55,869 nt of DNA from Gemmatimonadota bacterium (lineage in GTDB: Bacteria > Gemmatimonadota > Gemmatimonadetes > JACCXV01 > JAHWKZ01), in assembly GCA_035699465.1 (NCBI GenBank), contig DASSPT010000070.1, forward strand, positions 1 through 55,869, read 5' to 3'. The position numbers and the translations under genes are program-made. This document shows, piece after piece, positions 25,676 through 36,683 of the stretch. Positions within the stretch are counted from its first letter, which is position 1; the number at the start of each line of letters is the position of its first letter. The notes below the pieces were generated by a model. The model saw only the letters and a list, made by a program, of their open reading frames with translations. It made no database searches and had not been told where the DNA came from.

Positions 25676-27043
25676 ATGAGCGGTCTCGTCATCAGCGTCT
25701 CGGGAATTCGCGGGATCGTGGGGGAGTCGCTCACGCCCGAAGTCGTGGCGACGTATGCGGCGGCGCACGGGGCTGCAGCCGCCGCCCGCACGGGACGCCG
25801 CACCATGGTGCTCGGACGCGACGCGCGCGTCAGCGGGCCCTTCCTCTCGGCCGCCGCCGAGGCGGGGCTCAGGAGCGTCGGCTGCGACGTCCTCGACGTC
25901 GGTATGGCGTGCACACCGACGATCCTGCTGGCCGTGGAGGACGAGCGCGCCGCCGGCGGGATCGCGCTGACGGCGAGCCACAATCCGGCGCCATGGAACG
26001 CGCTCAAGCTGGCGTCCCATCGGGGCATGTTCCTGACCCCCGACGAAGGGGCCGACGTGCTGTCGATGGTCGCCGAGGCCCGGATCCCGCGCGCGGCATG
26101 GGACGGCGCCGGCGGCCGGGACGCGCGCGAGGACGCCACCGCCCGGCACGTCCAGCGGATCCTCGACGACCCGCTCGTCCAGGTCGACGCGATCCGGGCG
26201 CGGGGCTTCCGGGTCGTCCTCGACACCTGCGCGGGCGCGGGGGCGATCCCCACCGCGCCGCTCCTCTCGGCGCTCGGCGTCGAGTTCGACGGGCTCCACC
26301 TCGAACCGACGGGCCGCTTTCCCCGCGATCCGGAGCCCACCGCGGCCAACCTCTCCGAGCTCTGCGGCCGCGTCCGGGAGTCCGGGGCGGACCTCGGCTT
26401 CGCCATCGACCCCGACGGCGACCGGCTGGCGCTGGTCGACGACCGCGGCGAGGCGCTCGGCGAGGACCTCACGCTGGCACTCGTCGCCGACTACGTACTG
26501 GGCCTCAGGCCCGGGACCCTGGTCACGAACCTGTCCACGAGCCAGGTGGTCGACCGGGTGGCCGAGCGCCACGGCGTGTCCGTCAAGCGGACGAAGGTCG
26601 GCGAGGTCAACGTCGCGCTGGGAATGCTGGAGGTCGACAGCCCGATCGGTGGGGAGGGGAATGGCGGCGTCATCCATCCCGGCATCCACCACACGCGGGA
26701 CGCGCCGGCCGGCGTCGCGCTCCTTCTATCCTACCTTGCGCGCGGGGGGCGCTCGCTCTCCGAGTCGGCGGCGGCGCTGCCGTCCTACGTCATCGTGAAA
26801 GCCAAGGTGCCCCTCGAGCGGATCGACGGCGACGGTCTGATCGCCCGCGCCGAGGAGGCGCTGGCGGCCCCCGAGGTCGATCGGACGGACGGCCTGAAGC
26901 TCCTTTGGCCGGCCCGTCAGGAGTGGCTCCACCTGCGGAAGTCCGGCACCGAGCCGATCGTGCGCCTCATCGCCGAGGCGCCCGACGCCGAGGCGGCGGA
27001 GCGGCTGATCGCACGCGCGCGGCAGCTGGCCACCGAGGTCTGA
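25676..27043 (+). CDS. Phosphohexomutase (phosphoglucosamine mutase / phosphomannomutase family)
   Basis: 455 aa. Active-site loop LTASHNPAPWNALK, metal loop FAIDPDGDR and GGEGNGG. Adjacency to glmS favours a GlmM role, but specificity is not determinable. Confidence 0.85.
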   Translation: MSGLVISVSGIRGIVGESLTPEVVATYAAAHGAAAAARTGRRTMVLGRDARVSGPFLSAAAEAGLRSVGCDVLDVGMACTPTILLAVEDERAAGGIALTASHNPAPWNALKLASHRGMFLTPDEGADVLSMVAEARIPRAAWDGAGGRDAREDATARHVQRILDDPLVQVDAIRARGFRVVLDTCAGAGAIPTAPLLSALGVEFDGLHLEPTGRFPRDPEPTAANLSELCGRVRESGADLGFAIDPDGDRLALVDDRGEALGEDLTLALVADYVLGLRPGTLVTNLSTSQVVDRVAERHGVSVKRTKVGEVNVALGMLEVDSPIGGEGNGGVIHPGIHHTRDAPAGVALLLSYLARGGRSLSESAAALPSYVIVKAKVPLERIDGDGLIARAEEALAAPEVDRTDGLKLLWPARQEWLHLRKSGTEPIVRLIAEAPDAEAAERLIARARQLATEV

Positions 27044-27137
27044 AGAGGGCTCTCCACCTTCCTTTCCGGCCCGATTCCTGCTAGCATCGAACGCAAGTGA
27101 CCATTCATAGCATCCGATCGTGTCGGGGGACATAACC

Positions 27138-28967
<1,830 letters not shown>

Positions 28968-29009
28968 CGCCGACCGCGGCCCTACCCGTCTGACTCGGGA
29001 GGGAGCGAC

Positions 29010-29477
29010 TTGCGGGTCTGTCTGCAGCGCGTCAGGGAGGCATGGGTGACGGTCGTAGAGCCCGAGGGGCGGGCTCACGAGCGGCGCGAGGCGGGAAGGA
29101 TCGGCGCGGGTCTCCTCGCGCTCGTCGGGTTCGCGGCGTCCGACGATCGTGAAGCCCTGGCCTGGATGGCCGCCAAGATCGCCGACCTGCGGGTCTTCGA
29201 GGGGGACGGGACGAGCGGGTTCGACCGCTCGCTTCGGGAGACGGACGGTGAGCTCCTGGTCGTCAGCCAGTTCACGCTCTACGGTGACGCCCGCAAGGGC
29301 CGGCGCCCGGATTTCACGGCGGCCGCCCCGTTCGCGGAGGCGGAGTCCCTGTACCGCGAGTTCTGCTCGCTGTGCGAAGCGGAGCTTTCCGGCAGGGTGG
29401 AGACAGGCGAGTTCGGCGCGCGCATGGAAGTCGGGCTCGTGAACGAGGGACCGGTGACGCTGTGGCTCGAGCGATGA
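29010..29477 (+). CDS. dtd: D-aminoacyl-tRNA deacylase
   Basis: 155 aa. (M)RVCLQRV, SQFTLYGD and NEGPVT motifs. Apparent TTG start. Confidence 0.88.
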   Translation: MRVCLQRVREAWVTVVEPEGRAHERREAGRIGAGLLALVGFAASDDREALAWMAAKIADLRVFEGDGTSGFDRSLRETDGELLVVSQFTLYGDARKGRRPDFTAAAPFAEAESLYREFCSLCEAELSGRVETGEFGARMEVGLVNEGPVTLWLER

Positions 29478-29490
29478 GCGGTGCCGGTTC

Positions 29491-30117
29491 GTGAACGGCG
29501 CCGCCCCGCCACCCCTGGTGCTCGCTTCCGGCAGCCCGCGCCGGCGCGAGCTGATGGAGCGGCTCGGTCTCGCGTTCGAGGTCGCTCCCCCGCCGGAGGG
29601 TCTCGAGCCACCGTGGGAGGGTACGGTGCCGCCGCTCGAATTCGCGGCCGACCTGGCGGGCCGGAAGGCGAGCGCGGTATCGGCGAAACGGCCGGATGCG
29701 GTCGTCCTGGGAGCCGACACGATCGTCGTCCTGGACGGCGCGGTGCTCGGCAAGCCGAGCGACGAGCGCGACGCGCGCGCTATGCTCTTGCGGCTCGCCG
29801 GCCGCGAGCACCTCGTTCACACCGCCGTGGCGATCCACGGGCCGGGAGGCGAGCGTCGCCCGATGGCGTCGGGGATCGAGACCACCAGCGTTCGGTTCCG
29901 TCCGCTCGAGGTGGACGAGATCGCGGCCTACGTCGCGACCGGCGAGCCACTCGACAAGGCCGGCGCCTACGGCATCCAGGGGTACGGCGCCGCGCTGGTG
30001 GAATCGGTGCGCGGCTGCTTCTTCAACGTCATGGGGCTTCCCGTGACCCGCGTCCTCGCGTTGCTCGACGGTCTCGGCTGGCGCTACGAGTTCCCCGGAC
30101 GGCTGGCGCCACGCTGA
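29491..30117 (+). CDS. maf: Maf-like nucleoside triphosphate pyrophosphatase
   Basis: 208 aa. LASGSPRRRELM, KAGAYGIQG and NVMGLP motifs. Confidence 0.9.
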   Translation: MNGAAPPPLVLASGSPRRRELMERLGLAFEVAPPPEGLEPPWEGTVPPLEFAADLAGRKASAVSAKRPDAVVLGADTIVVLDGAVLGKPSDERDARAMLLRLAGREHLVHTAVAIHGPGGERRPMASGIETTSVRFRPLEVDEIAAYVATGEPLDKAGAYGIQGYGAALVESVRGCFFNVMGLPVTRVLALLDGLGWRYEFPGRLAPR

Positions 30118-30141
30118 CGCACCGCGGAGTTTGAGGCCCCC

Positions 30142-31188
30142 GTGGCCATCGACACCATCTCCTGGCAGGGCGACCACGTCCGCATGATCGACCAGACGCG
30201 ACTGCCCAACGAGCGCGTGGACATCGAGATCCGCACGGTCCCCGAGATGGTCGAGGCGATCAAGATGCTGCGGATCCGCGGCGCGCCCGCCATCGGGATC
30301 GCGGCCGCGATGGGGCTCGTCGCCGCGCTTCGCCCGCATCTGGACGACGAGGATGGGTTCCGCGAGCGGCTCGGGGAGTATGCGGGAGAGCTGGCCGCGG
30401 CCCGCCCCACGGCGGTCAACCTGTCGTGGGCGGTCGAGCGCATGAAGGAGGTCGCGCGGCGGCACGCCGATATGGCGGCGGCGGCTCTCTGGGAGCGTCT
30501 GGAGCAGGAGGCGCTCGCGATCTTCGACGAGGACCGCCGGATGTGTCGCCGGATCGGGGAGGCGGCCCGCAGCGTGATCCGCGACCGGGCTGGGATCCTC
30601 ACTCACTGCAACGCCGGCGGGCTCGCAACCTCGGGCTACGGAACCGCGCTCGCCTGCGCCTACGTTGCGCACGAGGACGGCAAGCGGGTGCGAGTGTTCG
30701 CCGACGAGACACGCCCGCTCATGCAGGGGAGCCGCCTGACGGCCTGGGAGCTCATGGAGAGCGGCGTCGACGTCACGCTGATCTGCGACGACATGACCGC
30801 GGCCACGATGGCCAAGGGCGAGATCGACCTGGTGATCGTAGGCGCCGACCGGATCGCGGCCAACGGCGATACCGCCAACAAGATCGGCACCTACGGAGTG
30901 GCCATCCTCGCGCGGGAGCACGGGATCCCGTTCTACGTGGCCGCCCCCCGCACTACCTTCGACTTCTCGCTCCCCGACGGGAGCGGGATTCCGATCGAGG
31001 AACGCGATCCCGCCGAGGTCACGCACGGCTTCGGCGCCGCCACCGCCCCCGCCGGGGTCAAGGTCTACAGTCCCGCCTTCGACGTGACGCCGGCCCGCTA
31101 CATCACCGGATTCGTGACGGACGCCGGCCTCCTCGAGCCTCCGTATGCGGACTCGCTCCGGATCCTTCGTGAACCACCCCGGGCTTGA
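30142..31188 (+). CDS. mtnA: S-methyl-5-thioribose-1-phosphate isomerase (eIF-2B alpha/beta/delta-like)
   Basis: 348 aa. MIDQTRLP, IRGAPAIGIAAA, THCNAG, and GADRIAANGDTANKIGTY. Confidence 0.88.
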   Translation: MAIDTISWQGDHVRMIDQTRLPNERVDIEIRTVPEMVEAIKMLRIRGAPAIGIAAAMGLVAALRPHLDDEDGFRERLGEYAGELAAARPTAVNLSWAVERMKEVARRHADMAAAALWERLEQEALAIFDEDRRMCRRIGEAARSVIRDRAGILTHCNAGGLATSGYGTALACAYVAHEDGKRVRVFADETRPLMQGSRLTAWELMESGVDVTLICDDMTAATMAKGEIDLVIVGADRIAANGDTANKIGTYGVAILAREHGIPFYVAAPRTTFDFSLPDGSGIPIEERDPAEVTHGFGAATAPAGVKVYSPAFDVTPARYITGFVTDAGLLEPPYADSLRILREPPRA

Positions 31189-31299
31189 CGGGTGGGTCGA
31201 GACCGATCGTCCCGGCGGCGCGACTGGCGCCTAGATCGGGAGTGGGGGAGTGTAAACTGACCCACACAGAGTTCCGGACAGGTACCGCAGAAGGTCCAA

Positions 31300-32595
31300 A
31301 TGTCCAACGACAGCACGAATAGCCGGCTACCGGCAGAGGAAGCGGCGGACGCGCTGCGGTGCCACGTGCTTCAGCCTCTTCTGCCGCGGTGCGTCGATGA
31401 GACGTACGGCGGCTTCCTGGTCGATTTCGATGAGCGGTGGCAACCTGTCGGACCGCACGACAAGAGTCTGGAGCACGCGACCCGCACGACCATTTCCTTT
31501 GCGCTCCTCGACCGTGCGATGCCGGGGGAGGGATGCGACCGGCTCGTGCGGCACGGCTGTGCATTCCTGAAAGATGTGATGTGGGATCGCGAGTACGGCG
31601 GCTTCTACGCGCGTGTCGACCGGAGCGGCAGGCCCTTATGGGAGGGCTTGAAGCATCCCCACGCCACGAACTACGCGGCCCGTGCTTTTCAACTGAGCGA
31701 GCCATACCTCCCTTCGGGTGAAGGCGAGGCATGGGCGCAACGTGCGCTGACCTGGCTCGACGAGGTGGCCTGGGATGAGAGCCATGGTGGCTATTGGGGA
31801 AGCTATCGCCGTAACAATGAGCGCTACCCCGCTGGGTCGCGCCTGCCGACTCCAGACGGACGAGACATTTTTGGGCTGCCAGCCGGATTCAAGGAAGTCA
31901 ACACACTGGGCGACGCAATCGAGATGTTGACGTGGTTGGTAGACCGAGGCTCCGGCTCACAATCCGCCGATCGCCTGACATGGATGGTGGATTTGGTTTG
32001 CGAACGGCTCATCGACCCAGCCGGTTTGTTGCCGTATTCCTATCACCGCGACTGGCGACCGGCTCCGGATCTCATTCGCGTCGGCTACCAATTCATGATG
32101 GCCCGGCATCTCGCGATGGTCCCGAGCAGCAGTCGGCCAATCGAGCGGCTTATCGTGAAGTGTTGTCAACTCGTCGACTTCTGTCTCACATCGGCCCGCC
32201 ACCCACGCGGCGGTTTCTGCTTCGCAGTGAGTGCCCACGGCCGTTCCTGGCCGGCGACTGGTTCTTCGACGGACGTTCGGCAGTGGTGGGTTCAATTCGA
32301 GTCGGCCTATACACTGCACTTCCTCAGTAAGCACCCATCCGTTGACCCGGGAAGACGCACCCGATACCGGGTCGCCTTCGACGAGCAATGGACCTTTCTG
32401 CGCACGCACTTTTTCGATGCCCGCTATGGAGGAGTGCGAGAGGAGCCGGTCGAGCCGAGAGCGCCGCGCCGATTTGCAGTGCCGAGGCGCTGGCGTGCCC
32501 GGAAAGCGGAGGGATCGACCCCGCTGAAGTCCCATCCCTGGAAAGACGTGTCACATGAAGTCGGCACGTTGCTCGAAATCGCAGGAATCCCGTAA
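31300..32595 (+). CDS. AGE-family (N-acylglucosamine 2-epimerase-like) epimerase/isomerase
   Basis: 431 aa. Repeated (alpha/alpha)6-barrel motifs: DETYGGF, DREYGGFY, DESHGGYW and ARYGGV. GC is visibly lower than in the flanks. Confidence 0.7.
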   Translation: MSNDSTNSRLPAEEAADALRCHVLQPLLPRCVDETYGGFLVDFDERWQPVGPHDKSLEHATRTTISFALLDRAMPGEGCDRLVRHGCAFLKDVMWDREYGGFYARVDRSGRPLWEGLKHPHATNYAARAFQLSEPYLPSGEGEAWAQRALTWLDEVAWDESHGGYWGSYRRNNERYPAGSRLPTPDGRDIFGLPAGFKEVNTLGDAIEMLTWLVDRGSGSQSADRLTWMVDLVCERLIDPAGLLPYSYHRDWRPAPDLIRVGYQFMMARHLAMVPSSSRPIERLIVKCCQLVDFCLTSARHPRGGFCFAVSAHGRSWPATGSSTDVRQWWVQFESAYTLHFLSKHPSVDPGRRTRYRVAFDEQWTFLRTHFFDARYGGVREEPVEPRAPRRFAVPRRWRARKAEGSTPLKSHPWKDVSHEVGTLLEIAGIP

Positions 32596-32659
32596 CCGCA
32601 GGCGCGTGCAAACGTTCGATTTCGTGATCGTCGGGGCTGGGCACCCCTGAGTCCGCGGC

Positions 32660-32689
32660 TTGACCATCTGGACAGAGGGCGGGTATCTT
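32660..32689 (+). promoter_or_regulatory. Putative sigma70-type promoter upstream of rplM-rpsI
   Basis: TTGACC (32660-32665), 18-nt spacer, TATCTT (32684-32689). Confidence 0.45.
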
Positions 32690-32762
32690 TCTTTGCTGTA
32701 TCCATGACACATTCGGGCCGATCTGCATCTCAGCCGGCCCTCGATCCACGAGGAGACATGCG

Positions 32763-33245
32763 ATGAAGACCCATCAGGTGACCCCGGACCAGATCGTCCG
32801 GCGCTGGTACCTGGTCGATGCCGAGGACCAGACCCTCGGCCGGCTGGCCAGCCGCGTCGCCCAGATCCTGCGGGGCAAGCACAAGCCCATTTATACCCCG
32901 TATCTGGACACGGGCGATCACGTCCTGGTGGTCAACGCCGAGAAGGTCCGCCTGACGGGCCGGAAGATCGATCAGAAGCGGTACTACCGGCACTCGGGGT
33001 ATCCGGGGGGTCTCAAAGAGACCTCGGTTCGGCGGATGCTGGACACTCACCCGGAGCGCGTCGTGGAGCTCGCCGTCAGGGGGATGATGCCCAAGGGGAA
33101 GCTCGGCCGGGCGATGATCCGCAAGCTTCGCGTGTACGCCGGCCCTGAGCACCCCCATCGGGCGCAGCAGCCGGTTTCGATCGACCTCTCGGTGTGGCCG
33201 CCCCAGATCCAGGTGGCGGAACCGGCCGAGACCGTGACCACGTAA
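32763..33245 (+). CDS. rplM: 50S ribosomal protein L13
   Basis: 160 aa. [18 protein letters not shown] and HSGYPGGLK motifs. Confidence 0.95.
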   Translation: MKTHQVTPDQIVRRWYLVDAEDQTLGRLASRVAQILRGKHKPIYTPYLDTGDHVLVVNAEKVRLTGRKIDQKRYYRHSGYPGGLKETSVRRMLDTHPERVVELAVRGMMPKGKLGRAMIRKLRVYAGPEHPHRAQQPVSIDLSVWPPQIQVAEPAETVTT

Positions 33246-33265
33246 TCGAAGAGAGAGGATTCAGA

Positions 33266-33655
33266 ATGGCCAAGCAGTTCAACGGCGTGGGGCGGCGGAA
33301 GACCTCGGTCGCGCGAGTGTACCTGCGGCCGGGCAAGGGCGCCTGGGAGATCAACGGCCGCCCGCTGGTCGAGTACTTCCCGCGGCTCCTCCACGCGCAG
33401 CAGTGCCAGAAGCCGTTCGAGGTCACGCGCACAGACAACCAGTACGACGTCAACGTGAACGTGAACGGCGGCGGTCCGACGGGTCAGGCGGGCGCGATCC
33501 AGCTGGCGATCGCGCGCGCGCTGGTGACGGCCGACGACGCATACCGTGCCGCGCTGAAGTCCGAAGGACTGCTGACGCGGGACCCGCGGATGGTCGAGCG
33601 CAAGAAGTACGGCCGGCCGAAGGCGCGGAAGCGCTTCCAGTTCTCCAAGCGGTAG
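33266..33655 (+). CDS. rpsI: 30S ribosomal protein S9
   Basis: This is the internal ATG of track ORF 33194..33655. GRRKTSVARV, GGGPTGQAGA and a C-terminal KKYGRPKARKRFQFSKR. Confidence 0.95.
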   Translation: MAKQFNGVGRRKTSVARVYLRPGKGAWEINGRPLVEYFPRLLHAQQCQKPFEVTRTDNQYDVNVNVNGGGPTGQAGAIQLAIARALVTADDAYRAALKSEGLLTRDPRMVERKKYGRPKARKRFQFSKR

Positions 33656-33782
33656 TCTGATCGGCCGCCGCAGGGCGGCGAAATTCACACATCGGTGGAG
33701 GGTCCGCGCGGTGTCCGTCCACGGACGGATTCGCGGATCCGACGAAGCCGGTGGAGGCTAAACGTCGGAAGGAGACAGACCC

Positions 33783-34604
33783 ATGGCGGTACCCGCCCAA
33801 TTGCGCGCTCTGTTGGAAGCGGGGGTCCACTTCGGGCATCAGACCCGTCGCTGGAACCCCAAGATGCGCAAGTTCATCTTCGCCGAGCGCAACGGCATCT
33901 ACATCATCGACCTCAACAAGACCCTGCGTCAGCTCGAGCGCGCGAAGGAACTCGTCGCGGAGCTGGTTGGACAGGGGAAGAAGGTGCTGTTCGTCTGCAC
34001 CAAGCGTCAGCTCAAGGAAGTCGTTCGGGAAGAGGCCGAGCGCAGCGAGCAGTTCTACGTGACGAATCGGTGGCTGGGGGGGACGCTGACGAATTTCCGC
34101 ACGATCAAGCGGGGCCTCAAGCGCCTCAAGGAGATCGAGCGGATGCGGGAGGACGGGACGTTCGACCTCCTTCCCAAGAAGGAGGTCATCGAGATCGAGC
34201 GCGAGTACGACAAGCTGCAGCGCAATCTCGGCGGCATCGCCGACATGGAAGAGCTCCCCGGCGCTGTCTTCGTCGTGGATGCCAAGAAGGAGCGCATCGC
34301 CGTCAACGAGGCGAACAAACTGGGCATCCCGCTGATCGCTATCGTCGATACGAACGCCGATCCCGAGCTCATCACCGTTCCGATCGCGGGCAATGACGAT
34401 GCGATCAAGTCCGTGCGCCTGATAACGAGCCAGGTGGCCGACGCGATCGTCGACGCGCGCGCGAGGATCGTAAAGGAAGAGGCAGCCAGCAAGGCGGAAC
34501 AGCAGGAAGCCGAAGACGAAAAGCCCGTCCGTAGGGAGAAGCCCAAGCGGAAGATCCGCGCGCGGCTCCCCGACCAGGACGAGGAAGAAGGGGAAGAGGA
34601 ATAA
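33783..34604 (+). CDS. rpsB: 30S ribosomal protein S2
   Basis: 273 aa. [25 protein letters not shown] lies 8 nt upstream. Acidic C-terminal tail. Confidence 0.95.
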   Translation: MAVPAQLRALLEAGVHFGHQTRRWNPKMRKFIFAERNGIYIIDLNKTLRQLERAKELVAELVGQGKKVLFVCTKRQLKEVVREEAERSEQFYVTNRWLGGTLTNFRTIKRGLKRLKEIERMREDGTFDLLPKKEVIEIEREYDKLQRNLGGIADMEELPGAVFVVDAKKERIAVNEANKLGIPLIAIVDTNADPELITVPIAGNDDAIKSVRLITSQVADAIVDARARIVKEEAASKAEQQEAEDEKPVRREKPKRKIRARLPDQDEEEGEEE

Positions 34605-34607
34605 GGC

Positions 34608-35204
34608 ATGGCTACGATAACGGCATCACAGGTTCAGGAGCTGCGCCAGCGGACCGGCGTGGGAATGATGGAATGCAAGAAAGCCCTCGAGGAGACGGCC
34701 GGCGACCTCGAGGCCGCCATCGACCTCCTCCGCACACGGGGACAGGCGAAGGCGGCCAAGAAGGCCGGCCGCGAGACCGGCGAGGGACGCGTGGAGGCCT
34801 ATATCCACCTCGGGGGGAAAATCGGCGTGCTGATAGAGGTGGACTGCGAGACCGATTTCGTCGCCAAGACGGACGCCTTCCGGGACCTCGCGCGCTCGCT
34901 CGCGATGCAGGTCGCGGCGGCGGCTCCGCTGGCGGTCGATCGGCAGGGGCTCGATCCCGAGGTGGTCGAACGGGAGATGGGGATTTACCGTCAGCAGGCG
35001 GAGGAATCGGGCAAGCCGGCGGAGATCGTCGAGAAGATCGCCTCCGGGAAGCTCGAGAAGTGGTATCAGGAGGTCTGCCTCCTCGATCAGGCCTACATCA
35101 AGGACCCCGACCGAAAGGTGTCGGATGTCGTCAACGAGGCCGTCCAGCGACTCGGCGAGAACATCCTCGTCCGCCGATTCACCCGCTTCGAGGTCGGAGA
35201 GTAG
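34608..35204 (+). CDS. tsf: Translation elongation factor Ts (short form)
   Basis: 198 aa. [26 protein letters not shown] (UBA-like N domain). Confidence 0.93.
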   Translation: MATITASQVQELRQRTGVGMMECKKALEETAGDLEAAIDLLRTRGQAKAAKKAGRETGEGRVEAYIHLGGKIGVLIEVDCETDFVAKTDAFRDLARSLAMQVAAAAPLAVDRQGLDPEVVEREMGIYRQQAEESGKPAEIVEKIASGKLEKWYQEVCLLDQAYIKDPDRKVSDVVNEAVQRLGENILVRRFTRFEVGE

Positions 35205-35229
35205 AACTCCACTGAGGTACCAACGAATC

Positions 35230-35925
35230 GTGCTGAAGCTCTCCGGCGAGGCCCTCGCCGGAGGGCGCGGCTTCGGCATCGATCCGCCCGTCGTCGACGA
35301 GCTCACCAGCGAGATCGTCTCCATTCAAGAAACCGGCGTTCAGCTGGGGCTCGTCATCGGTGGCGGCAACATCGTCCGGGGCACCACCGCCAGCGAAAGC
35401 GGGATGGATCGCGTGTCCGCGGATTACATGGGCATGCTCTCGACCGTCATCAACGCGCTCGCCATGCAGGACCTGCTCGAGCGCAAAGGCCTAGAGACGC
35501 GAGTCCTGTCCGCGATCCGCATGGACGCCGTAGCCGAGCCTTACATACGGCGGCGCGCCGTGCGGCACCTGGAGAAAGGCCGCGTCGTCCTGTTCGCGGC
35601 AGGTACGGGCAACCCGTACTTCTCCACCGACACCGCCGCGGTACTGCGCGCGATCGAAATCGACGCAGACGCCATCCTCAAGGCGACGCAGGTAGATGGA
35701 ATCTACAGCGCGGACCCGCGCCTCGATCCCGACGCGAAGTTCATCGAGAAGATCAGCTACATGGACATCCTGAAACGCGACCTCCGCGTGATGGACGCCA
35801 CGGCTGTTTCCATGTGCAAGGAGAACGACCTGCCGATCGTCGTGTTCGACATTCGTCGTCAGGGCGCGGTGCGCGCGATACTGGCCGGCGAAGCGATCGG
35901 CTCCCTGGTCAGCGATGCAGGATGA
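35230..35925 (+). CDS. pyrH: UMP kinase
   Basis: [16 protein letters not shown], and [16 protein letters not shown]. The start is uncertain. GTG 35230 is the first canonical start not overlapping tsf. CTG 35212 would give (M)[12 protein letters not shown], which fits the family better. The track ATG 35125 overlaps tsf by 80 nt. Confidence 0.85.
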   Translation: MLKLSGEALAGGRGFGIDPPVVDELTSEIVSIQETGVQLGLVIGGGNIVRGTTASESGMDRVSADYMGMLSTVINALAMQDLLERKGLETRVLSAIRMDAVAEPYIRRRAVRHLEKGRVVLFAAGTGNPYFSTDTAAVLRAIEIDADAILKATQVDGIYSADPRLDPDAKFIEKISYMDILKRDLRVMDATAVSMCKENDLPIVVFDIRRQGAVRAILAGEAIGSLVSDAG

Positions 35926-35947
35926 TGAATGCAGGATGATGAATGCG
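35915..35947 (+). repeat. Perfect 14-nt tandem duplication spanning the pyrH stop codon
   Basis: ATGCAGGATGATGA at 35915-35928 and again at 35929-35942, followed by a partial third copy ATGC (35943-35946). Confidence 0.9.
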
Positions 35948-35962
35948 ATCCAAGGAAACCGT

Positions 35963-36084
35963 AGGACGTTCAAAAAGCTCCAGATGCGAGGCGCGCGACG
36001 AGGGACGACTGATGCGCACCGTAAGGTGCGCCGCAGGGAGGCACGAGGAGCGGAACGAAGCAGATGGGGCTTTTTCAACGTCCT
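35963..36084 (+). ncRNA. Structured intergenic element between pyrH and frr (16-nt inverted repeat enclosing a GNRA hairpin); function unknown
   Basis: AGGACGTTCAAAAAGC (35963-35978) pairs with GCTTTTTCAACGTCCT (36069-36084) at 15 of 16 positions. Inside is the hairpin GCGCACC-GTAA-GGTGCGC (36014-36031). Strand and RNA versus DNA role are unresolved. Confidence 0.35.
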
Positions 36085-36100
36085 GTCATAGGGGAGGGGT

Positions 36101-36649
36101 ATGGAGCTGAAGGAAATCAGCGCTCACATGGACAAGTCGGTCGATGCGATCCGCAACGAGTTCGCCACCGTGCGGACGGGGAAGGCCTCCCCCGCGCTTC
36201 TCGACCTGATCAAGGTGGACGCCTACGGGCAGCAGATGCCGCTCAACCAGATGGCCACGATCGGCGCACCCGAGCCGCGGCTGATCGTCGTCCAGCCGTA
36301 CGATCCGAGCCAGCTAGCGGCCATCGAGAAGGCGATCATGTCCAGCGACCTGGGACTGGTCCCGAACAACGACGGAAAGATCGTCCGCATTCCCATCCCG
36401 CCCCTCACCGAGGAGCGACGCAAGGAGCTCGTCCGGCTGACCCACAAGATCGCCGAGGAGGGTCGGGTGGCGATCCGCAACATCCGGCACGAGGCCAACA
36501 AGCGTGTCCATCAGCAACAGAAGGACGGAGCCGTAAGCGAAGACGACATGCATCGCCTGCTCAAAGAGATCCAGGATCTCACCGACAAGCACATCGCGGT
36601 GATCGATCAGATGCTGGAGCGCAAGGAGCAGGAGGTGATGGAGGTCTGA
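36101..36649 (+). CDS. frr: Ribosome recycling factor
   Basis: 182 aa. Typical RRF sequence (FATVRTGKASPALLD, IPIPPLTEERRKEL). GGGGAGGGG lies upstream. Confidence 0.95.
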   Translation: MELKEISAHMDKSVDAIRNEFATVRTGKASPALLDLIKVDAYGQQMPLNQMATIGAPEPRLIVVQPYDPSQLAAIEKAIMSSDLGLVPNNDGKIVRIPIPPLTEERRKELVRLTHKIAEEGRVAIRNIRHEANKRVHQQQKDGAVSEDDMHRLLKEIQDLTDKHIAVIDQMLERKEQEVMEV

Positions 36650-36683
36650 GGCCTCCTGCGCCGATCATGAGCCCGCCGGACCG

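Noticed and set aside
27044-27137. Possible glmS ribozyme upstream of glmS.
   Set aside because: The spacer is only 94 nt, shorter than the ribozyme core. I could not find the conserved glmS ribozyme core segments, and no pseudoknotted helices are evident.
33656-33782. Hairpins in the rpsI-rpsB spacer (GCCGCC-GCAG-GGCGGC; CCGCG...TCCGT..ACGGA...CGCGG) as a terminator or an rpsB autoregulatory leader.
   Set aside because: The stems are short, lack U tracts, and I cannot match them to a known S2 leader structure by eye. I left this uncalled.
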